From: Nitrospiraceae bacterium
Lineage (GTDB): Bacteria; Nitrospirota; Nitrospiria; Nitrospirales; Nitrospiraceae
Assembly (NCBI GenBank): GCA_050246315.1
Contig: JBFWWG010000002.1
Span: forward strand, 396,811 to 460,810
Direction of reading: 5' to 3'
Length of the DNA stretch: 64,000 bases
In this document: one piece after another, positions 36,901 through 46,765 of the stretch
Layout of the letters: the number at the start of each line of letters is the position of its first letter
Position numbering within the stretch: position 1 is the first letter of the stretch
Program-made: the position numbers and the translations under genes
Notes under the pieces: generated by a model
Told to the model about the DNA's origin: nothing
Database searches by the model: none
Seen by the model: only the letters and a program-made list of their open reading frames with translations

Positions 36901-38165
36901 GAATTGATGCCGACGATGTACTCTCTGATCGGGTCGAACGAATTGAACGTGATGGCGTCGGCGAACCCCGAATTGATGACGAGGTCCTTGACCTTGGCGT
37001 TGGCTTCGAAATACATGACGAAGTTCACCACTGCGTAAAGCGGTCCCCATAGAGCAAGCCACGCGAAGCTCCGGCCGTAGAGTCCGAGGACCCGAGTCAT
37101 GGAGCCCGACAGGGCCATCACGGCGATGAACGGGGTGACCAGATATACCAGGCCTTCCGCGACCGTTCGGAGCACGGGAAGGAACTTCGCGGCGATGTAG
37201 GACTTGGTATAGGCCTGATACTTCAAATCCTGTGTCGTGGCCTCCTGAGCCAGCTTCACTGCCGACGGCACATCGTTCATCGTCTTGGCCCGCTGGGCCC
37301 ATGCCTCCTTCCAGGCCTTCCCGATCACGATATTCCGCAGGACCTGGTCCGAGGTCTGTCCCGGCACGCCGAGCAGGGTCGTCCGGAGCTGATCGATAAG
37401 CGGCAATTCGTCTCCGGGAACAGTGGGGTCCGCACCGAGCGCCGAGCGCAGCTTCTGGGTGGCTTCCAGGTATTCGGGCGCCGGTGTCGTAAAGCCCGGC
37501 GTGATGATGTTCGCATAGAAGTCCGTGCAGAGCTGCGCGGCGGGCTGGATATTGCCATTCTGATACCACGGTGAGCTCAAGGCGGGATTGGTCGCCGCGA
37601 TCGCGCCGAGGGCATCGGTCGACTTCTCCACGGCGGTGCGGTTCAGTTGGTTGTAGTCGATCTCCTTCAACGTGCAGTTCATGAGGTACTGGACGAGGTT
37701 CTTCCACAGATCGCTGTCGGGGAGCGTGAAGTCGAGCATCTTCTGCGTCTCGAACAACGGCCGGTTGATCACCGATCCTGTGGAACGATAGCCGGTCGGC
37801 AACAAGAGCGCCGTCTCGGTGAGGGCAGTGAGGTGATACCCCACCTGACCGGAGACGTAGGCCGGAAACGCGATCAGCACCGGTACGCCGGTCACGATCG
37901 TGTCGGGCACCGCAGGATTGACCTGATCTTCGATCGCGACGTCGGCCGTCACGAATACCGAGGCGTACAAGAGCCCGACCGCGCCGATCAGCATGGGACC
38001 GAGAAAGCGACGGTTGAAGGTCACATGGAGCAGGGCGAAGACCGCCAGCCCGAGCAGACCGAACCTGAAGAGGCTCTCATAGGCCCCCGTGGTCATCATC
38101 AGCTTGAGGCCCGTGATCACCGCCGCGATGACATCCCCGTTCCCGAACGTAAAGATCTGCCACAT
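33993..38165 (-). CDS. traG: TraG mating-pair stabilisation protein with long C-terminal extension
   Basis: WQIFTFGNG start, TraG_N TM pattern, WLALWGPLYAVVN; follows traH. Confidence 0.9.
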   Translation of the reverse strand: MWQIFTFGNGDVIAAVITGLKLMMTTGAYESLFRFGLLGLAVFALLHVTFNRRFLGPMLIGAVGLLYASVFVTADVAIEDQVNPAVPDTIVTGVPVLIAFPAYVSGQVGYHLTALTETALLLPTGYRSTGSVINRPLFETQKMLDFTLPDSDLWKNLVQYLMNCTLKEIDYNQLNRTAVEKSTDALGAIAATNPALSSPWYQNGNIQPAAQLCTDFYANIITPGFTTPAPEYLEATQKLRSALGADPTVPGDELPLIDQLRTTLLGVPGQTSDQVLRNIVIGKAWKEAWAQRAKTMNDVPSAVKLAQEATTQDLKYQAYTKSYIAAKFLPVLRTVAEGLVYLVTPFIAVMALSGSMTRVLGLYGRSFAWLALWGPLYAVVNFVMYFEANAKVKDLVINSGFADAITFNSFDPIREYIVGINSMAADLTLAVPAVSWGLVWAGGNLASSLTGSLSAPLSTASQEAGQFARGQGQVMSEASSYVMEPVRMGTAARPGSQESYTVPVGIGGLRVDAQTGVSTLHHADGGTTRIGANGMVTYQGPTGGFSRRANEKSPTGGWYDSGAFRREEFDHAAGRMVQKQFEVRGATIDKSFSYEQDGVFHSVREEYNQETGKTVRRVDASIKDGVSRVETSTQWGPQQVSETGPVMAWAVHPDGRQEPVTGTLSRSGLRLGHEDFWGEGQLVTSGDGPTREYKGRLTGQKINGISVFAVSQGGYKEGVVGEVLRGDANLRYYHSVEGDTFYTRDAAESIGVRKLDGEMETIQGRAREFGRVNLRPDGKFQHNPLTYEIESTKGDRKAAYSGEIHVDAEGTRVLQATAGGTERSNKDRFVDAGMEYVYKTGDNGGKSYTGDGVRLQRVIGLLPENEAVTRQVATHEEGNVIQLPDGQERREPTSVSLSYSIPGGVTKSLTGNYDHQGDFHIAAGQSREGVEFLTLDQYGGQEVAVRGVKSNQTGEAIFSHAEGGRKTELWDYVSSVMGWQEKEQYLKDKPIEWKDGTTGQTHKGHFFGLFDKEGSLLEGSVVNDLRSQAFVMKQNPLTKEYETGFIDMHQDPDSHASVATYTTLSTEQIGADGTARTLTLGPQSGDGTREILSDIGTGGRKTDLFHDYTHETGGRFVERFEQFHRTQGGTLSELHNTRMFSGTKWIPDPVHQGQHHPVQMRGFMDEQGSVVYAEFQSGQYGKTWNYRVVDGKAQWGVAETAQPTYGGPGVTNFRSLSTNEVETSGLASTQVIGPDGKLLYEKGDSGIQVIEWDVYRQELHRRVNIGAEYPVFGHWDPKELTNEDSGAKQTLRAIGAGKTAVDIVTGAGNLAMTGRRLGGAFGGGTGAAGLKGGPLPGGNPSDRLARTPGPGASPQRMEDLQRFEQDLTHALKKSGIDISGPKGSGRNPQP

Positions 38166-38199
38166 TGGCTGTCCGCTCCGGCCTCAGCTCACCGGCACC

Positions 38200-39537
38200 C
38201 TACCGGGCCGTGCGATACTGTCCCTGCTCGATGGCCATCTTCGTGACGTTGTAGATATTCTGCAGGTGGGCCGAACGCTTGGCTGCCTCGGCGTAGGCTT
38301 CGGCGAGCACCTCGTGCGCCTCTTTCCGAAATTCGGCCGTATCCACGGCGAAGCTGGGCTTGAGTTGTTTGATCTTGGCCCCCTGCTGGATCGCGTTGTT
38401 CACCGCCCACTCCATCCATTGGATCGCCATTTCGATGGCCACCACGTCGCTTGTCATCCGGACCAACTGCGTCGCCACTTCATTCGGATGCCCGTAATCC
38501 GTCAGGATCTTCAGCACCGGGATCGGACTCATGTTCACGAGCGTCACATCCGCCGCGCTCATCGCGGTCTTACTGTAGATATTGGTCACGATGTTCTGGA
38601 GCGCCGTCGCTGTGCGGCTCTTGAATCCTTCCATGGCGGTTTCATTCTGAGCTTGGATCTGGAGACATTGGGTGGGATCATCGGTGCAGGCATAGACCCG
38701 GACGGTCTCCGTCGGGACCACGTCGATCAGGTCCGAGAACTTGATCGTGGGCGGATGATACTCGGACTGGCCCTGGTCATTCACAATGATCGTGCCGGTC
38801 GTCGACATAATGATGCGAGCAGTCTGATCTTCCACCCCCGCCTGTTTCAGGACGTTCCACACGAGATTCCCCGTGATGTCGTATTCCGTGCCCTTCAGCG
38901 CCGCTGCCGCATCGGCCGAGGTATTGTCCTGGGCGCTGTCCCGATCTTCCCACGGATCGCCGGTGATGCCGGTCTGGGTCTTGAACTGCTGCCATTTCCT
39001 GTACGCAAACTGGTTGAGCTTGTCCGGATCCTTCATGCTCTGGGCGAGCGCTTCCCCCACTTCCTGTCCGGCCTGGCACGGTTGAATCCGACCGAGCGCA
39101 TTCAACGTCCTCGACGCGGTCTCGATCATGTTGAGGACGTTCGAGCAGGTCTCGCAGAGCTCCTTCATCGCCAACTGGAAGGCATAGCCAAGCACCACGG
39201 ACCCGCCGAACTGCTGGAGCATATCGACGTACCGGCTCAGCTTGGCGTAGGAGAAGCTGCCCAGGTAGGTGTCGATGCCGGCGCAGCCACGCCGGAACCG
39301 TGGCGGGCTGAAATTCCAGAGCGAGAAGTTGTCGTTGTTCAGCCGGATCGAGTAGGCGCCCGCTGCGAGATACCCGCGGCTCTGGCTCTCATAGGCCCCT
39401 GGCGTCGCCGTGCTGACGACGCCCCAGCTATCGAACATGGTCTGGAGGGAATCGTTGAGGCTCTGCGCCGAGGCCACGGATGGCATCCAGACCATCGCGC
39501 CGGCAATGAACAGGGTCCGCAGTGTCCGCGCAGTCAT
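38200..39537 (-). CDS. traH: Pilus assembly protein TraH
   Basis: PGAYESQSRGY..G, PP....GCAGID...GSFS, YAFQLA...C. Confidence 0.93.
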   Translation of the reverse strand: MTARTLRTLFIAGAMVWMPSVASAQSLNDSLQTMFDSWGVVSTATPGAYESQSRGYLAAGAYSIRLNNDNFSLWNFSPPRFRRGCAGIDTYLGSFSYAKLSRYVDMLQQFGGSVVLGYAFQLAMKELCETCSNVLNMIETASRTLNALGRIQPCQAGQEVGEALAQSMKDPDKLNQFAYRKWQQFKTQTGITGDPWEDRDSAQDNTSADAAAALKGTEYDITGNLVWNVLKQAGVEDQTARIIMSTTGTIIVNDQGQSEYHPPTIKFSDLIDVVPTETVRVYACTDDPTQCLQIQAQNETAMEGFKSRTATALQNIVTNIYSKTAMSAADVTLVNMSPIPVLKILTDYGHPNEVATQLVRMTSDVVAIEMAIQWMEWAVNNAIQQGAKIKQLKPSFAVDTAEFRKEAHEVLAEAYAEAAKRSAHLQNIYNVTKMAIEQGQYRTAR

Positions 39538-39555
39538 AGCGACCTCTTCAGGGTG

Positions 39556-40533
39556 TTACGAATCGCCCGCTTTTGTCATCAAGTGCGGGCGCTGCTTCAG
39601 GATCGTGAGCACGCGCTCGCGAAGCTCGTTGAACGTCATGACGCCGGAGCCGATCGCGACCAGGAAGTTCTCCTGGGGAATCGCGAGATAGATCGTCGGG
39701 ACTTTCTGCAGCGAGACGCGTTCGGCCATGCCGTTGTCCGCCGCAGCCTTCGGGAATTCCTTCAGCCCCTGCCCGTCCAGGGTGACGGGAAAGACCTCGA
39801 TCTCGTAAGTATCGGAGAACAGCTTCAGAATCTTCGACTGTTCCTGGCAAAAGCGACAGGTGGACGTGAAGAAGAAGAACAGGCCGACATGGTTTGCCCT
39901 TGCGGATGAGAGGAGCCGCTCGTCCACCTCCTGCGTCGCCTGGGCTTCCACGTCGTGGCCGAACTGCGAGGTCGGATGCTCGGTCGCAAAATCAAGCTGC
40001 GGGTTCGTAAACATCGCCAACTGCCACATGGTCGTGAAGTCCTCGGAGCGTTTGAACACGGCCCGTTGCGCGATGATGTAGGTCTTCACGGTCTCTGGGG
40101 TGGGGGCATCCAGAGCGGCCTCGCGCTTGGCTGAAGCCAGCTCTCTCAGCATCCCAGCCGGCAGCTTGCCCAAATCTTCCTGTTCGATGGGGACTTGTTT
40201 GAGGAGGTTCCGATACTTCGCTGGGTCCAGCCAGGCTTCGAGCGGAAGAGTGGCGAGCGTCACCGCTGAGCGAACCGCCTCCTCTTCTTCCTCGACCGGA
40301 TCCTGATACCAGAACCAGCCCTCCCTGGCTCGCTCATAAAACTGGTTCGCCAACCGGGACGAGGACGGATGCTGGTCAGGGAGAGAGCCAGCCCACGCAA
40401 CGACCGGCGCGAGTGCCGCGCAGATTAGCACGATGAATCCTCGCAGGATTGGTTTCCTCACACTCCTACTCCACCTGAAACCAGGCTCCATTCTGAGTAA
40501 CCCTCGCACAGTCGCCCATCGCGGGAGAGCCAT
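39556..40533 (-). CDS. traF: Pilus assembly thioredoxin-like TraF
   Basis: EGWFWYQDP, A.DAPT.E.V..Y, GLFFFFTSTCRFC, VTLDG, VPTIYL. Confidence 0.92.
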   Translation of the reverse strand: MALPRWATVRGLLRMEPGFRWSRSVRKPILRGFIVLICAALAPVVAWAGSLPDQHPSSSRLANQFYERAREGWFWYQDPVEEEEEAVRSAVTLATLPLEAWLDPAKYRNLLKQVPIEQEDLGKLPAGMLRELASAKREAALDAPTPETVKTYIIAQRAVFKRSEDFTTMWQLAMFTNPQLDFATEHPTSQFGHDVEAQATQEVDERLLSSARANHVGLFFFFTSTCRFCQEQSKILKLFSDTYEIEVFPVTLDGQGLKEFPKAAADNGMAERVSLQKVPTIYLAIPQENFLVAIGSGVMTFNELRERVLTILKQRPHLMTKAGDS

Positions 40534-40563
40534 GAACTAAAACGACACGTCCAGCAGGGCTCG

Positions 40564-41700
40564 CTACAGCAAACAGCAGCGCTGCAGTTTCCACAGGAGA
40601 AAAACGAAGTCTTCTCCAATCACCGGCACCATCTTGCCCATCCCCCACATCAGCACCGTTCGACCGATCGGCTGGCAACAGGGAGCCGGAACATTGGGTA
40701 TCGGATAGAGCAGCTGGTACTTGTACTGGCTCTTCACGATCAGGCCAGTCGGGAAGTCCGTGCAGATCAACGGCCCGTCACCCGCCGTATAGAACTCGGT
40801 ACCGAAGCGGGCCAGCCGAGCCAGCAGGCGCGACATGGCCAGCGCCGCCGGTTTGAGCTGCCCGCTCGACTCCGACACATTGCCCGTCGTCGGGTACAGC
40901 AATCCGAAACTTCCCGCGCACCAGAACAAGGGATCGATGGGAAAACCAGCTGATGCGGCCAGGGAATCGGCGGCACAGGCCGCAACGGTGAGCGGATTCC
41001 CCAACAAGAGGGCTTCCGGGAACAGAATGAGCGCCAGCAGATCATCATTCCAGGAGGGGTCGATCTCGGACAGGTACGCCAGGTCGATCTCGTCGCCCAC
41101 GGCGGTGGGATTGACACAGGCCCAGTCCACCGCGATCCCCACGATGGCCCACAGGGGAAAGATGTAGAAGTGCGTGTGGTAGAAGGTGAAGTCAAGGTCG
41201 GAGGAATCCATATTGGTGTTGGCCGAGCCCCGTCCCTCGAACACGAACTCGGGCCCCAGCGTAATCCCGTTGAGAGCAGGAAAGCACAGGGGCGTGCGGA
41301 CGATCTCGACCAGCCGGACCGGTTCCCAGAGCCCCAATGGAATTCCCGGGACGCAGAGGTACGGCGTGAGACAGAGGCAGCCGCAGAGCTGAGGCGGATA
41401 GACGGCGGAGATCCCCGGCCCGACGGCGGGACGAGTCGAGTCCTCCCCGACCTCCGTGAGCGTGAACCCGAAAAGACTGATGGGAAACATACATTCCCAA
41501 CAGGTCTTCACCAGGGTATCGGCGAGGATATTCGTGTTCTTCGGACAGACGGCTTCTGCGGTGTCCGGTACCGTTGCTCCCACGAGAACCGCAAACAGAA
41601 GGAGCAGCGCCGCGAGGGTTGCTGGCCTGGAGCGCCGCTGAACCGATGCCCGCTCCTGCCGATCAGCCGGCCAGAAGCGTTCTGGCAGTTCCTGTCTCAT
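40564..41700 (-). CDS. traU: TraU
   Basis: CWECMFPI, GLWEP.RL.E, FYHTHFY.FP, YLSEIDP.W, WCAGS.G..YP.TG, KSQYK. Confidence 0.95.
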   Translation of the reverse strand: MRQELPERFWPADRQERASVQRRSRPATLAALLLLFAVLVGATVPDTAEAVCPKNTNILADTLVKTCWECMFPISLFGFTLTEVGEDSTRPAVGPGISAVYPPQLCGCLCLTPYLCVPGIPLGLWEPVRLVEIVRTPLCFPALNGITLGPEFVFEGRGSANTNMDSSDLDFTFYHTHFYIFPLWAIVGIAVDWACVNPTAVGDEIDLAYLSEIDPSWNDDLLALILFPEALLLGNPLTVAACAADSLAASAGFPIDPLFWCAGSFGLLYPTTGNVSESSGQLKPAALAMSRLLARLARFGTEFYTAGDGPLICTDFPTGLIVKSQYKYQLLYPIPNVPAPCCQPIGRTVLMWGMGKMVPVIGEDFVFLLWKLQRCCLL

Positions 41701-42908
41701 GGCACGATCTCCTGAACCCGGAATCGATTGCCTTCCTGCGTCACGAGACTCGGGACCGCGACCAGGCCGAACCGCTCATACATGAGCTGATTCGCCCAGT
41801 AGACCGGACGGTGCAACAGCCGAGCGAGCGGACCGACATCCCCTTCCGTCACGAGCAGTTTCAGCGGACGGTCCTCGTGAGCCAGGAGGTAGCGCTGAAC
41901 CCATTGCACCTGTTCCTGCGAGTGGCCATTGAAGAAGATGAGCGTATGGAGCAGCTTCACCTTGTCGAGCGGATTCACGGTCGAGCCGGCCCTGATGTAG
42001 AGGGTGCCGGTCTTTGGATCCGTCACGTCATCAGGAAATTGCACGGTCGCATCCACCAGGAAGCTGCGAGATTGCTGCACCTCCGGCAAGGGAAGATGCG
42101 GACCTCGATTGATCTTCCGAGCCGTCGCGTCCTCCGCACGGCGCTTGATCGCGTTCCAATCCGCCCTCGCCACCGCCTCGCTCAACACTTGTTTCATATC
42201 GCGCTCGGCAATCGACCAGGTCGGAGAATCCGTCCGGATCCGCCGATGCCCGCTCGGCATCGGGAGACTTGGCCGCGCTTCAGTGGTCGGGCCTCCTTGC
42301 AAAAACCCTCGCTGGCGCCGGTCAAACCACTCCGCGAGTCCACGATAGGGTCTCTCTTCCCGCACCAGAACCTCCAACAGGTGGCGAACGGACGTCGAGC
42401 CGATCACCACTGCATCATGGTCCGCTTTCACGATCGCGAGAGCCGGGACTTCCGAGACCCCAAGCCGACCGTAGAGCACCGGGTCGATCGAGACCGATGC
42501 CAGTAGCGCTTCATCGTTGCCCATCAATTGCCGGAACCGTTCGCCCGTCGCCTTGAAGGACAATTTGACCGGCCCGTCGGCGGACGAAGGCGCATCGAGC
42601 AGACCCCGGATCACGATGCGCGCGCCGAGCAGCTTCGCCTCGACAAAATATCCCTTGAGCACTTCGTCCGGCATGGACAGGGACAGGAGCAGATAGATCC
42701 CATCCCGATTGACCTCGCGAGGCTCCCGGCCTTGGAACGGTTGCCCCACCGTCCGGGAGAAGCGCGCAATCTCTTCCGCCACCTCGCGGGGTGACCGTTC
42801 TGGTTCCTGAGATTTCCTCGAAGACTCGCCCGCACTCGACCAGGATAGGGTTTCGCCGCAGAGCAGCCCCGCCACGACCAGCACCGACAGTCCCCGCTTT
42901 CCCATCAT
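41697..42908 (-). CDS. traW: TrbC-TraW fusion protein
   Basis: N-half SLSMP...RGL...IDP.L......VPA (TrbC); C-half W.IAERDM, G..VNPL, LIFFNG...QV.W, FG..AVPS.V (TraW). Confidence 0.85.
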   Translation of the reverse strand: MMGKRGLSVLVVAGLLCGETLSWSSAGESSRKSQEPERSPREVAEEIARFSRTVGQPFQGREPREVNRDGIYLLLSLSMPDEVLKGYFVEAKLLGARIVIRGLLDAPSSADGPVKLSFKATGERFRQLMGNDEALLASVSIDPVLYGRLGVSEVPALAIVKADHDAVVIGSTSVRHLLEVLVREERPYRGLAEWFDRRQRGFLQGGPTTEARPSLPMPSGHRRIRTDSPTWSIAERDMKQVLSEAVARADWNAIKRRAEDATARKINRGPHLPLPEVQQSRSFLVDATVQFPDDVTDPKTGTLYIRAGSTVNPLDKVKLLHTLIFFNGHSQEQVQWVQRYLLAHEDRPLKLLVTEGDVGPLARLLHRPVYWANQLMYERFGLVAVPSLVTQEGNRFRVQEIVP

Positions 42909-42943
42909 GATGAAGACGACCTCCTTCTCTGAATCACTGCCAC

Positions 42944-43489
42944 CTACCAGATCGGAGTGACCACCCCTCGGAGATCCTCCGCCCTCACATAGCCGTAGTA
43001 CCGGGAGTCGAAGGATCGCGGATGGGGCAGGGCCACGTAATACTGGCCCGGTGGAATCGGACTCTCGAGCATCGCCAACCGGATCGGTTGCCCGAGTCGA
43101 TCACGCTCCAGACCTTCTCCGACCACTGCACCATTCACCAGCACCTGCCTCCCTCGCACTTCCACCCGATCACCCGGCACCCCGACGAGGCGCTTCGTCC
43201 AGAGCATCCCGACCCTCGTGTAGGGCCTGGCTGGGGCAGCCGGCTCCACCCGATCGGCAGAGGCCTGCGCCATCACGAACGCCACGAGATCGCCCCGCTG
43301 CGGCTCGCGCCCTTTCTCGATCAGGAAGAGCCGGTAGTCCGGCAGGCTGTCGTCCGACCGGAGCGCAAGCTGATACCAGGGACTCGCCAGGGCCAGTACC
43401 GGCCAGATCAGCCCGATCCCGAGGATGGCGAGCGCCAGCTTCGGATGCCGGTCATGCCACTCGTTCACCCGTTGCAACAGCCTTTTCAT
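42944..43489 (-). CDS. S26 conjugative signal peptidase (TrhF/TraF-like pilin processing)
   Basis: SDDSLP, RGDLVAF, KRLVGVPGDRV, HPRSFDSRYYG. Confidence 0.9.
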   Translation of the reverse strand: MKRLLQRVNEWHDRHPKLALAILGIGLIWPVLALASPWYQLALRSDDSLPDYRLFLIEKGREPQRGDLVAFVMAQASADRVEPAAPARPYTRVGMLWTKRLVGVPGDRVEVRGRQVLVNGAVVGEGLERDRLGQPIRLAMLESPIPPGQYYVALPHPRSFDSRYYGYVRAEDLRGVVTPIW

Positions 43490-45983
43490 GTTCCTGCTCC
43501 AGGATGAGGTCGATGGCCCGATCAATCGTCATCTCGGGACCCCCCGCCTTCACGATGCGATCGATCAAGGCCAGTTCCTCCGCCTTGGTGGAGTACAGCA
43601 ACTGTGTGCGCCGATCGACGGTCAGCCTGCCGATCCCGCGGCCGTGATTGGCCGTATAGAAGAAGATCTCCGAATAGCCGGCGCCGCGATGGACGGATCG
43701 CAACAGTTGATACTCGAACTCGCTCAGGATCAGCCGGCCCCGCTGCTTGATGGACTCGATGCTCTCCGGCTTCTGCTTGAGCAGGAAGACGAAGTCGGAA
43801 TTGGCCAGCAAGGCCGCCCCGGTCTGTCCCATCTTGTCGTAGTAGTCGTTGATGCCCTGGGTGATCGTCATGATGGATCCCCCGTACTTCCGGACCCGCC
43901 GGACGCCTTTCTCGAAGAACGCCGACACGTTGCCTCCCTGGGACAGGAGGTCCCAGGCTTCGTCCATCGCGCAGATCTTCCGCCTGGCCCGGTCGCCCTG
44001 GTACATGGCCACCTGGATGTTCATGATCATCTGCAGCAGGATCACCGAGCGCAGGTCCGGGAGCGCATCGAGGCCGTCCAGCTCCAGCACATAAAAGTCC
44101 CGCTCGAACTGCATGTTGTTCGGGCCATTGAAGAGATCGCCATAGTTTCCGGCCGCCGTGTAGGGAAAGAGCTGGGTGCCGAGATCCTTGATCCGCTGAT
44201 CCTCTCGTTCCTGCCCCATTTTCAGCAGCGCCGCCGCCACATCGGTCGGCGTCGACTCGCCTCCTTTGTCAGCGAGCACCTGGATCAAGGCCTGCTCCAG
44301 GCAGGACAGCTCCAGATCGGTCAGCGCCCGCGAGGGGGAGAGCATCTGCGCGAAGATCGCCTTGATCATCGCCAGCTCGTCCTTGCGGTCCGCTTCCTCC
44401 TCCGGCGACTCGGCTTTCCGGTCATAGCGGCCGATCACGCGCGACAGAGGGTTCAGGCACAGTTTCCTCGCCTCGCGCGAGAACTGCATGAACTGCCCCT
44501 TGAGGTGCTCGCACAGCTTCATGTAGCTCTTGCCGGCGTCGATGACCCAGGCCTGGCCGCCGGTGGCCAGATAGGACCGGAAGAAGAAATTCGCGAAGAA
44601 GCTCTTGCCCGCCCCCGAGTCGGCGGCGATACAGATGTTGAAGTTCCCCTCCGTATTGGCGAACACATCCAGACTCATCATCTGGCCGGACCGAGACGTG
44701 AGCAGCATCACGGGCTGCCCCATGCCCTTCCAGTCGCCGACGATGGGAGCCAGGTGCGCGGGGACGTCCGAGTGGACCGTCTTGAGCCGGCGCAGATCAT
44801 CACGCAGCAGTGGGACATTCGAGGGAAGCCCCATCGGCAGGCCGAACAGGAACACGCGGAACCCGATGAAATGGTCGTCCTGCAGCAACCAGTCGTGCGT
44901 GCGATAGATCGCCTTGATGGCCGAGCTGTGCTTCTCCAACTCCTTGGGATCGTCTGCGTACAGCGCGGCCTGGACGTACAGCCCGATGGTCTGCTTGCCT
45001 TCCGCGACGAGCGCCATCATGCGGTTGAAGTGATGGAGTTTCTTCTCGAAGATGGGAATGAGCTTCAGCATGAAGCCCACCGCCTGGTTCGTCACCACGA
45101 CGTGCTTCTTCCGGAGCGCGGCGACCGAGTTGACCTGGTCCAGCTTCACCGCATTGAGCGTGAGGAAGAACGGACAGGTGATCTGGTCCATGCCTCGCAG
45201 GAGACTGCCGATCAGCTCCCGGTTTTTGGATCCGTGCCACTCCTCGGGAAACTGCTGCACCGTCAGGCTCTTGACGAACTTCCCATCGAGTTCGAACATG
45301 CGCGCGTGGAGTTTCGCGTAGGTATCCCGCGCCACGACCTGGTCGCTGATCAACTGCGTCGAGTTGTAGGAAGGCGGGCGTTCCTCCCAGACATGGCCCG
45401 GGCTGAGCAGCGTATGGAGCAGCCAGATGAGTTCCAGCGGAGGGACTCTGACCAGCGGCAACCCCACGTTGCGCAGCGTCTGCTCCACCCCCTCGAGCTG
45501 TTCGACAATGTCCTCGAACTCGATCCCGTTCGGATTGTCCTCTTTCAGGGGCATTGTGACGGACACATAGACGTTGAAGTCCCGGGGCCTGATGCCCGAT
45601 GTTGGGATCAACCGTGTTCCCTGCGACTCCAGGAAAAACTCCCTCGTGCGTGTCGCATCCCGGAGGAACCGGGAGTCCGGATCCCCCCGATCGCTCAATC
45701 CCACGTGCGCATCCAGATAGGGCTGGATCACCGGCGAGGCATGGATCATGAGCTGGTAGGTGGTGCCGGTCGGCGCCTGGCTCGATTCGAACAGGTTCGT
45801 GAGCTTCTGAATCGTGTCCGGTCCCATGCCCAACAAGGGCGGACTTTCCCAGACGCAGCCGATCCGGCCGTCCGCCAGCCGGTACACCTGGTTGTCCGGA
45901 TCATAGGCATGGTGCGGCAGCCAGTCACTAATCGACGTCCGCGCGATCATCTTTCTCGCAAAATACTCAAGCAGGGTCGACAT
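43452..45983 (-). CDS. traC: VirB4-like ATPase TraC
   Basis: NICIAADSGAGKSFF, VIDAGKSY, DEAWDLL, RRVRKYGGS...ITQ. Confidence 0.96.
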   Translation of the reverse strand: MSTLLEYFARKMIARTSISDWLPHHAYDPDNQVYRLADGRIGCVWESPPLLGMGPDTIQKLTNLFESSQAPTGTTYQLMIHASPVIQPYLDAHVGLSDRGDPDSRFLRDATRTREFFLESQGTRLIPTSGIRPRDFNVYVSVTMPLKEDNPNGIEFEDIVEQLEGVEQTLRNVGLPLVRVPPLELIWLLHTLLSPGHVWEERPPSYNSTQLISDQVVARDTYAKLHARMFELDGKFVKSLTVQQFPEEWHGSKNRELIGSLLRGMDQITCPFFLTLNAVKLDQVNSVAALRKKHVVVTNQAVGFMLKLIPIFEKKLHHFNRMMALVAEGKQTIGLYVQAALYADDPKELEKHSSAIKAIYRTHDWLLQDDHFIGFRVFLFGLPMGLPSNVPLLRDDLRRLKTVHSDVPAHLAPIVGDWKGMGQPVMLLTSRSGQMMSLDVFANTEGNFNICIAADSGAGKSFFANFFFRSYLATGGQAWVIDAGKSYMKLCEHLKGQFMQFSREARKLCLNPLSRVIGRYDRKAESPEEEADRKDELAMIKAIFAQMLSPSRALTDLELSCLEQALIQVLADKGGESTPTDVAAALLKMGQEREDQRIKDLGTQLFPYTAAGNYGDLFNGPNNMQFERDFYVLELDGLDALPDLRSVILLQMIMNIQVAMYQGDRARRKICAMDEAWDLLSQGGNVSAFFEKGVRRVRKYGGSIMTITQGINDYYDKMGQTGAALLANSDFVFLLKQKPESIESIKQRGRLILSEFEYQLLRSVHRGAGYSEIFFYTANHGRGIGRLTVDRRTQLLYSTKAEELALIDRIVKAGGPEMTIDRAIDLILEQEHEKAVATGERVA

Positions 45984-46031
45984 GACGCTCTCTCTCCGAA
46001 TGACAGGCCGATCGTTTCCGGAAGCCGGAGC

Positions 46032-46736
46032 TCACGGGAAATTCGGCCCGAAGCCATAGGAATCCACGGGCGAGGCCGGCGTTCCATTCATGGGCGATGG
46101 GCCCGGATGGCTCGGAGCCCCTGGCATACCGTTGACTCGCGGCTGCGCCATGGAATGACGGCTCTCGTCCTGAAGGTTGAGATCCTGATAGGGACTGGGA
46201 CCCGACCCTGTCCCTGAGGCAGCGCCGGTCCCCCCGGTCTTGCCGCGACTCGCTCGTTCAACCATCCGTGACGTCTTCGGCAAGAAATCGGCGCCGGGCC
46301 GAGCGCCGTGCGGGACGCGACGCATGCCTTGCCGGTGGCCGTAGACAAAATGCGCCTCGCTCAGCACGACGTACAGCTGAGCCGAATCGTGCAGCCGGCC
46401 CTTCGCATCCTGATAAGGAGCGATCCAGACTCGCAGGACGTCCGCCGGGACCAGGACCGGCTTGCCCAGATAGGAATCGATCGTCCCCGCCAACGGTGGC
46501 GCTGGCGGAAACCCCTCCTTGGGGCCGGTCGGATTGCGACCGTGACTCTCCTGCGCGAGATCCTGGGATGGAGGAGACGGCTCAAACCTCCGATCGAAGT
46601 TCTCCGAGACCGACCGGCAACTGGCGGATTCAGGATAGCCCTTGCAACTGAATTGCGACTGATACCCGCACCCCCATAATAGGGTGAGCGCCATCGCCAT
46701 CGAGCCAGTCCCAACCTTTCCGCCGATCCGTCGCAT
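46032..46736 (-). CDS. traV: Lipoprotein TraV
   Basis: Lipobox LWGC, FSC...C.SVS, VLRVWIAPYQD..G.LH; AAAGGAG RBS before ATG 46736. Confidence 0.88.
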   Translation of the reverse strand: MRRIGGKVGTGSMAMALTLLWGCGYQSQFSCKGYPESASCRSVSENFDRRFEPSPPSQDLAQESHGRNPTGPKEGFPPAPPLAGTIDSYLGKPVLVPADVLRVWIAPYQDAKGRLHDSAQLYVVLSEAHFVYGHRQGMRRVPHGARPGADFLPKTSRMVERASRGKTGGTGAASGTGSGPSPYQDLNLQDESRHSMAQPRVNGMPGAPSHPGPSPMNGTPASPVDSYGFGPNFP

Positions 46737-46765
46737 ACTCAATCTCCTTTCGCGAACCACGGTTC

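Noticed and set aside
38089..39909. 606-aa plus-strand ORF
   Set aside because: Antisense shadow of traH and traF.
41697..42908. TrbC-TraW fusion as a novelty
   Set aside because: Such fusions are already known in several MPF-F systems.
43425..46217. 930-aa plus-strand ORF
   Set aside because: Antisense shadow of traC, expected in high-GC coding sequence; no motifs.
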